From an uncultured Spirochaetota bacterium (GTDB lineage: Bacteria; Spirochaetota; Spirochaetia; SZUA-6; Fen-1364), in NCBI GenBank assembly GCA_963734545.1, contig CAVTHO010000007.1, positions 288,001 through 352,000 of the forward strand: a DNA stretch of 64,000 nucleotides, in the 5' to 3' direction. Below are positions 49,214-58,206 of this stretch, in pieces. The position numbers and the translations under genes are program-made. Numbering within the stretch: position 1 is the first letter of the stretch; each line of letters opens with the position of its first letter. The notes beneath the pieces are model-generated. The model was given only the letters and a program-made list of their open reading frames with translations. It made no database searches and was not told the origin of the DNA.

Positions 49214-50134
49214 TTAATTCTTTTTCATGGCGAGCAGCTGGTAGGGATCCCGCGTCCCTGCCTTTGTCCGCATTTCGAAGTGCAAATGGGGACCCGTTGC
49301 GCGCCCCGTCCGGCCCACGGATCCGATGATCGCTCCTGTGGTGACCTTCTGTTTCATAGTAACACAAATCGAGGAAAGGTGTCCATAGACCGTCTGATAG
49401 CCGCCGGGATGGGTAATGACCACGAAATTGCCCAGAACGTCGTTTGCGCCCACCTCATCCACGGTTCCGTCGCGCGCCGCATGCACCCCGGTTCCATCGG
49501 AAGCTCCGAAATCCATGCCGCTGTGAAACTCCGGGCTCCCCGTGAACGGGTCCTTGCGCCAGCCGTACATCGAGGTGATCTGCGGCTTGTCAATGGGAAG
49601 CCGGAAGAGGATACCTAGGAAATAGGATCGCTCCATGGGAGTAAATGCTTCTCCCGGGAAGAAATACACGGCATCCGCCCGCCCGTCCCGCATGACGACC
49701 AGCGACTGGGCCTTTTTCCCGTCGGCGATCCGGGTGGCGAGCATCATGTTCTCGAGGTCTCCGCGCGGGGGGTTGCTGAGGAACAGGCCTTCCTGGCTGG
49801 GAATCAGAATTCGTGATTTTGCCCCGAATGCGGCTTTTCCCGCCGTTCCGTTCAGGGTCGCAAGAGTGTCATAACGCATCCCCATCCGGGCATTGAGGGA
49901 GAACAGATCATCCGCGCCTCTCTTGGGATACTCGAAGATGTCCACCGGAGGGAAAACCACCTCGCCCCTGATCTGGGAAAGCCTGCGAAACTCCTCCAGC
50001 GCCGACTGCTGCTGGACGAAAAGGGCGTCATCCCGGCTCAGCGCGCGAATCTCGGGGTACTCATGCGCGGCGGCGCCTGCGGACGCGATCTGGAGACAGC
50101 AGAACAGGGTGGTGAGGGCGACCGTGCGTTTCAC
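49214..50134 (-). CDS. M23-family metallopeptidase
   Basis: TSMYGWRKDPF, HSGMD, YGHL, ATGPHLHFE. Confidence 0.9.
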   Translation of the reverse strand: MKRTVALTTLFCCLQIASAGAAAHEYPEIRALSRDDALFVQQQSALEEFRRLSQIRGEVVFPPVDIFEYPKRGADDLFSLNARMGMRYDTLATLNGTAGKAAFGAKSRILIPSQEGLFLSNPPRGDLENMMLATRIADGKKAQSLVVMRDGRADAVYFFPGEAFTPMERSYFLGILFRLPIDKPQITSMYGWRKDPFTGSPEFHSGMDFGASDGTGVHAARDGTVDEVGANDVLGNFVVITHPGGYQTVYGHLSSICVTMKQKVTTGAIIGSVGRTGRATGPHLHFEMRTKAGTRDPYQLLAMKKN

Positions 50135-50602
50135 TCACTTCCATTCTCGGCAGGATTCAGCCCCTCCTTGTGTCTCTTCGAAGCGCGCCGCGCGAGCCCG
50201 AGGGCCCAGAGCAGGCCCGCCCACACGGCGAGCGCCGGGACCGCCAGGATCCACATTCCCCTGTAGAGCAGAACGGCAGCGACATATCCGCCCGCAAGCG
50301 CGACGATTGTGAGCAGGATCGTCAGAATCACGGAAAGAACCGTGCGCCGCGGCCTGCCCGGGTCCCGGGGGGACGCGCGGCTCCTGATGAGTCTCCTGAC
50401 TGCCAACGCGAGCAGGCCCCCGCCGGGCAATGCAGAAAGCGAAGATCGTATATGCCTGTCGCTGTGAAGTTGCGAAAAGCCACAGCGGCCAGGCTATTGC
50501 GAACCCGAACACGGCGCTGCCGACCAGGAGGAGAATCAGGAACCCGACCTTGCGGAGGGCCTCGAGCCAGCTCTCGAGTCTCTTTTGCAATCCTCCTCTC
50601 AC
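50131..50602 (-). CDS. Hypothetical 4-TM membrane protein (frameshift near 50430)
   Basis: Hydrophobic segments in two overlapping frames; translationally coupled to both neighbours. Confidence 0.6.
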
Positions 50603-51525
50603 GGCGTCCCCAGGTCGGCGAGGGATTTGCGGTACCCGTCGGCTTCGGTGGATCTTCCAAGGGCGTCCGTGGCTGCAATGAGCTCTACCAGGGCTTTTCG
50701 CATGCCGGGCTTGGATCCGAGGGTGACGAACACCAGGTATGAGCGCCGGAAATAGTCGTATGCCGCGGCCTGGTCCTTGCGCCGCGTGGCAATCAGGCCC
50801 AGCGCGTAAAGATCCTGCGCGATACCGGGCGGGCTTTCGATCTTCTTGTCGAGCGACAGCGCAGTCTCCGCGCTCTTCACCGCTTCGTCATACCGTGCCT
50901 GCAGGGAGTACACGGAGGCGATCATGTAGTGATCCGCCGCCGCTGATTCGACAAGCTTGTTGGCCGTGTTGATTTCCAGCGATTTGTTGAAATACTCGAG
51001 GGCCCCGGCGAGGTTGCCCAGGGTCTTCTGGGCAGTGCCCAGGTTGTGGTAGAGCTGGGCCGTCTGGGCGGGTGTGCGGGAGCTCGCCGGCTTTGCGAGC
51101 GCCTCCTCGAAAACTGCCAGCGCCTTCTGCGGATCCCCCTTTGCGAGGTACAGCTCCCCGAGACTGCCGGACGCCAGGAAGAAAAGGGAAGGGCTGGCTG
51201 TCCGGGCGCGTTCCCGGGCTTTGAAAAGAATGTCTTCCGCCATGTCGAGGGAGCCCATGGCCATGTAGGTTTTCCCGATGGCCACGTACGACTGAGTGAT
51301 CCCGTCCCCGTTGTCGATCGAGGTGTTCTGGTTCAGCGACTGGGTGAAGAACTGCAGGGCAAGGTCGTACCGTCCCTGTCGGAAATAGGCCTCCGCGTAG
51401 CTGCTGTTCTGCGCCGCCTGGTCTCTCACGGTCGTGACGGTGTCCGATTTCGGCGGCGCGGACGAGCAGGAGACAATCAGGGAGAGGCACAGCCCGATGC
51501 CCGCCCGGAGAAGCTTCTCTTTCAT
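50599..51525 (-). CDS. TPR lipoprotein
   Basis: LIVS-C lipobox, TPR repeats (YHNLGTAQKTLG). Confidence 0.85.
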   Translation of the reverse strand: MKEKLLRAGIGLCLSLIVSCSSAPPKSDTVTTVRDQAAQNSSYAEAYFRQGRYDLALQFFTQSLNQNTSIDNGDGITQSYVAIGKTYMAMGSLDMAEDILFKARERARTASPSLFFLASGSLGELYLAKGDPQKALAVFEEALAKPASSRTPAQTAQLYHNLGTAQKTLGNLAGALEYFNKSLEINTANKLVESAAADHYMIASVYSLQARYDEAVKSAETALSLDKKIESPPGIAQDLYALGLIATRRKDQAAAYDYFRRSYLVFVTLGSKPGMRKALVELIAATDALGRSTEADGYRKSLADLGTP

Positions 51526-52654
51526 CAGAAGTTTTCGTCCCTGTAGCTGTTCAGCGGCGATGTCTGCTGCGGCCGGGGCGGCACGCCCCCTTTGAGAAGG
51601 GGATTGTTCTTCGCCGCCTGGAGCACGTCAGTTGCATTGTCCAGCGTCGTGCTGCCCTTTTCCAGGATGCTCGAGACCTGCGGCTGGGTCTGGTTGATGA
51701 ACTCGGCGAAACCGCGAAGCTGCGCGATGATGGCGTTTGCGTTCTTGAGCGCCGTGTCCACCTGGTTGTAGAGCTCATTCGAGTCGTTGAGGAAAGTGTC
51801 GATCGAACCCTTTGGATCCAGCAGTCGTTTCGCCAGCCCCTGCGTGTTCTTCAGATCCGCGGTCATTGACTTCAGGTTCTGCGAGATTTCGTCCAGATTC
51901 GTCGAAAGGTCACCGACGACCCCTCGTGTCTTCACGGAAATGTCGGCGATGTTGTCCGAGATGACGGTGATCCTGTCCAGCAGCGTGTTGATCTTCGCGC
52001 TCATGTCGTCGACGGCGCGGTTCACCTTTCCGGGGGTGACCGACAGGTTGTTCACCATGGTTCCCAGGGGCCCGCTCCTGCCTTCGATTGCGTCATCCAC
52101 GGAGGTCGCCACCCTCCTGATCTCACCCACCGTCAGGCGCGCCTCGTCCAGCAGGGGATTGAGCTTGGCGATGACGGATCCGATCACGTCCTCTCCCTTG
52201 GGAATCTCCACAAGGTTCTGTTCGACGAGACGGCGGCCCTCTTCGCTGTCCAGGGCGGGTATGAACGCGCCCTCGGGCTGCGGCGGCAGACTGGTTGCTG
52301 CCGGGGTGGAACCTGAGCGACACGCCCAGCCCGATGGAGCTGGATGTCAGCTCCAGGACCGAGTTGGGCTTCACCCTGTCGTAGTACGTGTCCTGCACGT
52401 AGAAGCGCACGTCCACCTGGTTCTGCGCATTCGAGCGATATGCGCGAGATCTTGCCGATCTCGAAGCCCTTCAGCATGATCGGCATGCCGGATGTCAGGC
52501 CGTCCCCGGAGGCGAACCGGCTCGTGAAGGAGTAGTTCTTGGCGAACCACCGCTGGTTGATCCCGATCGAAATGAGAATCACCGCGACACAGACAATCGC
52601 GACAAGCACGAAGATGCCCACGATCTGGTCTGCGAATCGGATCTTGAACTTCAT
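51525..52654 (-). CDS. MlaD/MCE-domain protein with long helical tail (frameshifts near 52432 and 52290)
   Basis: IVGIFVL TM, GDGLTSGMPIMLKGFEIGKI MCE motif, helical repeat region. Confidence 0.8.
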
Positions 52655-52690
52655 TCGCTTTTCGATCCTATCCTTCCCGTGCGCCCGCTG

Positions 52691-53494
52691 TCAATTCTGG
52701 CCGTCCTGCTGGTCCCCGCCCAGCAGCTCGAGGAGGTCGGTATCGTAGGAAGCGATCTCTCCCAGGACCTGGGAAAGGATCGCGCGGGCCCGCACGTTCC
52801 GCGTTCTTTTCACCTCGTCGAACTCACCCGTCACGAGGACATTTCCCTGGTCCATGACCACGAGCCTGTCCGCCAGGGTGGCCGTGAGCTGCGGGTCATG
52901 GGTCACGGCGATGATCGTGCTGCCGCGCGCCTTGAGGTCATGGATCATGCGGATGATTCTTTCGGTCATGCTGAAGTCGATGGAAAGCGTCGGCTCGTCC
53001 AGGAACACGAGGGAGGGCTCGGTCACCAGGGCGCGCAGGAAGGAGGCGATCTTTCTTTCCCCGCCGGAAAGGGCGGCAGGCCGCTGGCCGGCTGATTCCT
53101 CCATGCCGACCCTCTCCAGGGCGCGCGCGACCCGCTTCGTGATATCGGTGCGCGAAAGCCCTGGAAAATGAACTTCGAGGGGAAGGGAAAGATTCTCGAA
53201 CAGGGTCTTGTTCTCCCAGAGCGCGCCGTCCTGGAACACGAACCCGTTGGACTTGCGCAGCTCGCGGACTCCCCGCTCGGAAAGGAGGAAAATGTCCTGT
53301 CCCCGCAGGAGAACCTTGCCCGTGTCGGGAGGGATGAGGCCGGCGGCAACCTTCAGCAGGGTGCTCTTTCCGCAGCCCGACGGTCCCATGATCACCGTGC
53401 TCCTCCCCTCGGGGAAAGCCACGTTGATGCCGCGCAGGGCTTCATAGGTGCCGAGGGTGAGCCGCACGTCGACCAGGCTGATCGCATCATCCAT
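52691..53494 (-). CDS. MlaF-like ABC transporter ATP-binding protein
   Basis: GPSGCGKST, FVFQDGALW, LSGGE, FLDEP. Confidence 0.88.
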   Translation of the reverse strand: MDDAISLVDVRLTLGTYEALRGINVAFPEGRSTVIMGPSGCGKSTLLKVAAGLIPPDTGKVLLRGQDIFLLSERGVRELRKSNGFVFQDGALWENKTLFENLSLPLEVHFPGLSRTDITKRVARALERVGMEESAGQRPAALSGGERKIASFLRALVTEPSLVFLDEPTLSIDFSMTERIIRMIHDLKARGSTIIAVTHDPQLTATLADRLVVMDQGNVLVTGEFDEVKRTRNVRARAILSQVLGEIASYDTDLLELLGGDQQDGQN

Positions 53495-53506
53495 GCCGCG
53501 CCGTCC

Positions 53507-54283
53507 TCATACGTAGTAGATCAGCGTGATCAGGGCGTCGGCCAGGAAGCACAACACGAAGCCCTGGCCGACCGCCTTGATGGCGGCGCGGGGTATCTCC
53601 GTGACGGACGTGCTCACCTTGAAACCCTGGAAGGTGGCCACCACGGAGATGATGACCCCGAAAACGAAGCTCTTGACCACCGTGGACACGATGTCGCGGA
53701 GCTGGATCGTGGCGAGCAGCGCCCGGAAGTATTCGACGAACGGCACCGGCTTGATGAGCTGGGACACGAGGAACGAGCCGAACAGCCCGAAGAAGTTGAA
53801 GTAGATCGTGAGCGCCATCACGGAAATCGTCACCCCGAGGACCCGGGGCACGACGAGGTACGAGACGGGATTGATGCCCACCGATATGTAGGCCTCGATC
53901 TCGTGGGACACCACCATGTTGCCCAGCTCGGTCGCGATGGCGGTGCCCGAACGCGCGATGATGATGAACGCGGTGAGGATCGGTCCCAGCTCTCGCGTGA
54001 TCACGACGATGAGGATCGAATAGAGAAGGCTCGTCTGGCCGAATCGCGGCAGGATGCTCCCGCCTTCCACGATGATGACCGCGCCGATGGACAGCGCGAT
54101 CAGCGACACGATGCTCAGAGCCTCGACGCCGGTGAAGAGAATCTGCAATACCAGGACCTTGAAGGCCACCTGCCTGCGGCGGACGAAAAGGATCGTCTCC
54201 TTCAGGACCTGAAACAGGAACCCCAGAGCGTACGCGTAGTCACGGGTCTTCCTGTTGGCCCACCTGCCGAGCGTCGCGACCAT
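53507..54283 (-). CDS. MlaE-like ABC transporter permease
   Basis: RELGPILTAFIIIARSGTAIATELGNM, YLVVPRV. Confidence 0.92.
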   Translation of the reverse strand: MVATLGRWANRKTRDYAYALGFLFQVLKETILFVRRRQVAFKVLVLQILFTGVEALSIVSLIALSIGAVIIVEGGSILPRFGQTSLLYSILIVVITRELGPILTAFIIIARSGTAIATELGNMVVSHEIEAYISVGINPVSYLVVPRVLGVTISVMALTIYFNFFGLFGSFLVSQLIKPVPFVEYFRALLATIQLRDIVSTVVKSFVFGVIISVVATFQGFKVSTSVTEIPRAAIKAVGQGFVLCFLADALITLIYYV

Positions 54284-54299
54284 CGCCGGCGAGTATAGT

Positions 54300-55142
54300 T
54301 CAGGCGGCAGGGTGATGCAATGGAAGCGCCTCGAGAAAGGCGTCGGGAATCTCGCGGCCCCCCGCGCTGCGGCCGAGCACCCGCTGCGGTATGTGTTCTC
54401 CGTGAAAATCCGACCCGCCGGTGACGATCATGCCGAGGCTGCGGCCCAGACGGTCAAACCGCCTGCACTCTCTGACCGGCTGGTTGGGATGCCATGCCTC
54501 TATCCCGGACACGCCCTGCTCCTTGCAGGCGGCAAGGTGCGTGCGGAGAGCGGGCCCGCGCAGACCCAGGGAAATCGGGTGGGCGATCACCGCCACACCG
54601 CCCGCGGCCCTGATAAGGTCGGTTGCTTCCCTCAGCCCGAGACACTCGCGCGGCTCGTAGAACTCCATGCCTTTGCCGATGAACCGCTTGAACGCGGCGT
54701 CGATCGAGTGCACGACCTTTTTCCGCACGAGAAGCCGGGCAAAGTGGGCCCTGCTCACGATGTCGCCGCCCGCCACCTCGGCCAGCTCCTCCATGGTCAG
54801 CGGAATGCCCGCCCGCTGGAACTTCTCCACCATCCGACCATTCCGCCCGCGCCTGCCGGTTTGCACCCGGGTTAGTGCCGCTTCCAGATTCTCGCGGTGC
54901 GCGCCCAGTGCGAGGCCGAGCAGGTGGAATTCTCCCACTGCGCTCTCGATCTCGATCTCCACGCCGGCGATGAAGATCATCCCCGTGCCCTCGGCAGCTC
55001 GGCGGGCCGTTTCCACGCCCGCCAGCGTGTCGTGATCCGTGAGCGCCAGGGCCTTGAGCTCCAGAGACAGCGCAAGCTCGACGAGCCGCTCCGGCGTGCA
55101 GGAGCCGTCGGACGCCGTGGAGTGCGTGTGGAGATCTATCAT
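54300..55142 (-). CDS. PHP-domain phosphoesterase (TrpH/YciV-like)
   Basis: DLHTHSTASDG, LTDHD, SRAHFAR, IAHP, TGGSDFHG. Confidence 0.92.
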   Translation of the reverse strand: MIDLHTHSTASDGSCTPERLVELALSLELKALALTDHDTLAGVETARRAAEGTGMIFIAGVEIEIESAVGEFHLLGLALGAHRENLEAALTRVQTGRRGRNGRMVEKFQRAGIPLTMEELAEVAGGDIVSRAHFARLLVRKKVVHSIDAAFKRFIGKGMEFYEPRECLGLREATDLIRAAGGVAVIAHPISLGLRGPALRTHLAACKEQGVSGIEAWHPNQPVRECRRFDRLGRSLGMIVTGGSDFHGEHIPQRVLGRSAGGREIPDAFLEALPLHHPAA

Positions 55143-55179
55143 TTGACATCAATATAACTCATTGCGTAATCTCAGGTCC

Positions 55180-56475
55180 ATGGACCCGACCTTCCGTGCT
55201 CCCCGCGGGTTGGGCGGGCTGTACATCCCGCCGCCCGATAAATCGATCACGCACAGGGCGCTCATGCTTGCGGCCGTCGCTTCGACGGCGAGCCGGATCG
55301 GGAACCCGCTTGCCACCGGTGATTGCATCTCCACGCGGCGCTGCCTGGAGGCCCTCGGCGCGGTCTTCGACGCGGTGGACGGCAGGTGGGAGGCGCACGG
55401 CGTCGGCCTCCGCGGTCTTCACGAGCCGCGTCGCGCGCTGGACGCGGAAAACTCCGGCACGACCACGCGCGTCATTTCCGGCCTGCTCGCCGGGCAGCCG
55501 GTGTTCGCCGTGCTGACAGGTGATGACTCGCTGCTGGGCAGACCGATGATACGCGTGGTGGACCCTTTGCGGTCAATGGGCGCGAGAGTGGAGGGCAGGG
55601 AGGGCGGCAGATTCGCTCCCCTCTGTTTCCTGCCCGGCCCAGGCACCTTGAAGCCCCTCTCCTGGACCCTCCCCGTTGCCAGCGCGCAGGTGAAGAGCTG
55701 TCTGCTGCTCGCCGCGCTCCGCGCGGCGGGCCCCAGCAGGATCGGAGGGCGGATCGGGTCACGGGATCATACGGAGAGAATGCTCCGGGCGCTTGGAGTG
55801 CGCGTGGAGGAGATCGACGGAGGCTTGTCCATCGAGCCGGTGGAGTCTCTGCCCGGATTCGACATGGAGGTCCCGGGAGACATCTCCTCCTCCGCTTTTT
55901 TCATCGCGGCGGCCCTCATATCGGGCCGCGATCTCAGCATCCGTGACTGCGGCGTCAATCCCACCCGCTGCGGATTCCTGGAGGTCGTGCGCCGCATGGG
56001 CGCAACCGTCGACGTGCAGGAGGAGCGCACTTCGCTCGGAGAACCCGTGGGAACGATCACCGTCGCGCCCGGAACCCTTCGGGGGACCCGGGTCACGGCG
56101 CCGGAGATCCCTGATTTGATAGACGAGGTGCCCCTCATCGCCGTTCTCGGCCTCTTCGCGCAGGGCGTGACCGAGGTGAGAGGCGCGGAGGAGCTTCGTC
56201 TCAAGGAGAGCGACCGTCTTGCCATGATCGGGCGCATGGCGGCAAGCCTGGGGGGAAAAGTGGAGCTGTTCGAGGACGGCTTTTCGGTCGAAGGCCCGCA
56301 GGCGCTCCGCCCGGGTCACGTGGATCCCCGCGGTGATCATCGCATCGCAATGGCGGCCGCGGTCGCATCGATCGGTATCAGGGACGGGGTGCGGATCCGG
56401 GGCTTCGAGTGCGCGCAGGTCTCCTATCCGGACTTCATCCGGGATTTTGCCGCGCTCGGCGGGGAGAAAGCGTGA
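55180..56475 (+). CDS. aroA: 3-phosphoshikimate 1-carboxyvinyltransferase (class II)
   Basis: DKSITHR, ENSGTT, ASAQVKS, RDHTERML, ELRLKESDR, DHRIAM. Confidence 0.96.
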   Translation: MDPTFRAPRGLGGLYIPPPDKSITHRALMLAAVASTASRIGNPLATGDCISTRRCLEALGAVFDAVDGRWEAHGVGLRGLHEPRRALDAENSGTTTRVISGLLAGQPVFAVLTGDDSLLGRPMIRVVDPLRSMGARVEGREGGRFAPLCFLPGPGTLKPLSWTLPVASAQVKSCLLLAALRAAGPSRIGGRIGSRDHTERMLRALGVRVEEIDGGLSIEPVESLPGFDMEVPGDISSSAFFIAAALISGRDLSIRDCGVNPTRCGFLEVVRRMGATVDVQEERTSLGEPVGTITVAPGTLRGTRVTAPEIPDLIDEVPLIAVLGLFAQGVTEVRGAEELRLKESDRLAMIGRMAASLGGKVELFEDGFSVEGPQALRPGHVDPRGDHRIAMAAAVASIGIRDGVRIRGFECAQVSYPDFIRDFAALGGEKA

Positions 56476-57492
56476 GCAGCACGCTCTCCTTCACCATCGG
56501 CGGCGTACGGACGGAGGTTGTCTTCAGCTCGCGCGTCGCGTTCGGCAATCCTTCCGTGACGGTTTTCGATTCGCACACGTACCCGCTGTTCGGCGCCGGC
56601 ACGGCGAACCCTGTCACCCTCCCTGCCGGGGAAGCGTCGAAGAGCTGGCTGAGCGTCCAGGCGGTCCTCGAGGGGTGCACCGCGAGCGGCATGGGCCGGG
56701 ACGAGGAGATCGCGGGCGTGGGCGGCGGTGTGGTGTGTGATATCACCGCCTTCGCGGCCTCTCTCTACATGCGGGGATGCGGGCTCACCCTGGTGCCCAC
56801 CACTCTGCTTGCCATGGTGGATGCCGCACTCGGCGGCAAGACGGGTATCGATTTCCTGGGATTCAAGAATCTCGTCGGCACATACTATCCGGCTTCGCGA
56901 ATCATCATTGCCGCCTCCGCGGTGCGGAGCCTTCCGGACCGCGAGTACCTCTCGGGTCTGGCGGAGGTCATCAAAACGGCGCTGGTAGGGGACAGTGAGC
57001 TCTTCGCGCTTCTTGCGGCCGAACGACCTGCCGTGATGGCGCGGGAGCCGACAGATCGTGGAGGAGATGATCCGCCGGAGCCTGCTCGTCAAAGGAAAGA
57101 TCGTGGAAGAGGACCCGAGAGAATCGGGCATCCGTGCCGTCCTGAATCTGGGGCACACCTTTGGACATGCCCTCGAGACGGCCACCGGGTTCAACGGGTG
57201 GACACACGGGGAGGCGGTTGCGTGGGGCATGGGAAGGGCGCTGGCTGCCGGCGTGCGCATGGGGATCACGGATCCCGGGTTCGCGCACCAGGTCCAGTCG
57301 CTCCTGCGGGCGTACGGGTTCAGGCTGGAGGCGCCGGTGACCTACGAAGCGCTTCTCCCCGGTCTTCAGCACGACAAGAAACGGCGCGGGGGCGGCCTCA
57401 GGCTCGTCATCCCGTGCGGCGCGGGCGATGTGCGGATCCGCGAGGCGGTCGAGGAGGATCTTGCCGCGGTGCTGAAGGACGGACACGCATAG
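56472..57492 (+). CDS. aroB: 3-dehydroquinate synthase (frameshift near 57050)
   Basis: [29 protein letters not shown]; then [20 protein letters not shown]. Confidence 0.92.
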
Positions 57493-57514
57493 GGAAAAAG
57501 GAGCGGGCGGATTC

Positions 57515-58150
57515 ATGAAAATCGACAAGAGCACATTCGACAGGCACGTGCGCTTCTTCGGCCAGGGAGCGGTGATCTTCAAGGAAGACGAGGAAGGCAA
57601 CGAGATGTTCATCATCATCCAGGGCGAGGTGGAGATCCGCAAGGCCACGGGTACTTCCTCCAGCAAGATCCTGACCACGCTCCACAACGGCGACATGTTC
57701 GGAGAGATGGCCGTGATAGAAAAGCAGTCCCGGTCGGCAACCGCGGTGGCCGTGCAGCCCACCAAGGTCCTCGTGCTCAACGAAAAGCTGTATGAATCGA
57801 TGGTCGGCACCAATCCCGATTTCGCGCGCAAGATGAACCGCGTCCTCTCGGAGCGGATCCGAAGGGCGGACGCGATCATCCAGAATATCATGACCACGAA
57901 CAGGCAGAACCAGCTCTGGTCCGGCCTGGTGCAGTACGCGCGGGAGCGCGGCGTTTCGACATTCAAGGGGAGCAGGGTCAATGCAGCCGAGTTCACCGTG
58001 TGGGCCGTCGAGCACCTGGGGATCAGCGAAAAGGACGTCCAGGCCCTCCTCGCCCAGCTCATCAAGCGCGAGGCGCTGACCTATTCCGCGCGGGGCAAGG
58101 ACGAGATACTCATCGAGCTCAAGGAAGGCACGGTCTTCCCGGAGAGCTGA
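57515..58150 (+). CDS. Cyclic-nucleotide-binding (Crp/Fnr-like) protein
   Basis: IFKEDE.GNEMFII..GEV, GDMFGEMA....RSATA; possible C-terminal wHTH. Confidence 0.85.
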   Translation: MKIDKSTFDRHVRFFGQGAVIFKEDEEGNEMFIIIQGEVEIRKATGTSSSKILTTLHNGDMFGEMAVIEKQSRSATAVAVQPTKVLVLNEKLYESMVGTNPDFARKMNRVLSERIRRADAIIQNIMTTNRQNQLWSGLVQYARERGVSTFKGSRVNAAEFTVWAVEHLGISEKDVQALLAQLIKREALTYSARGKDEILIELKEGTVFPES

Positions 58151-58206
58151 CAGCAATCCGCAGCGCCTTGCACGGGGTACGGTGCAAGGCGCAGCGGCGC
58201 GAAGCG

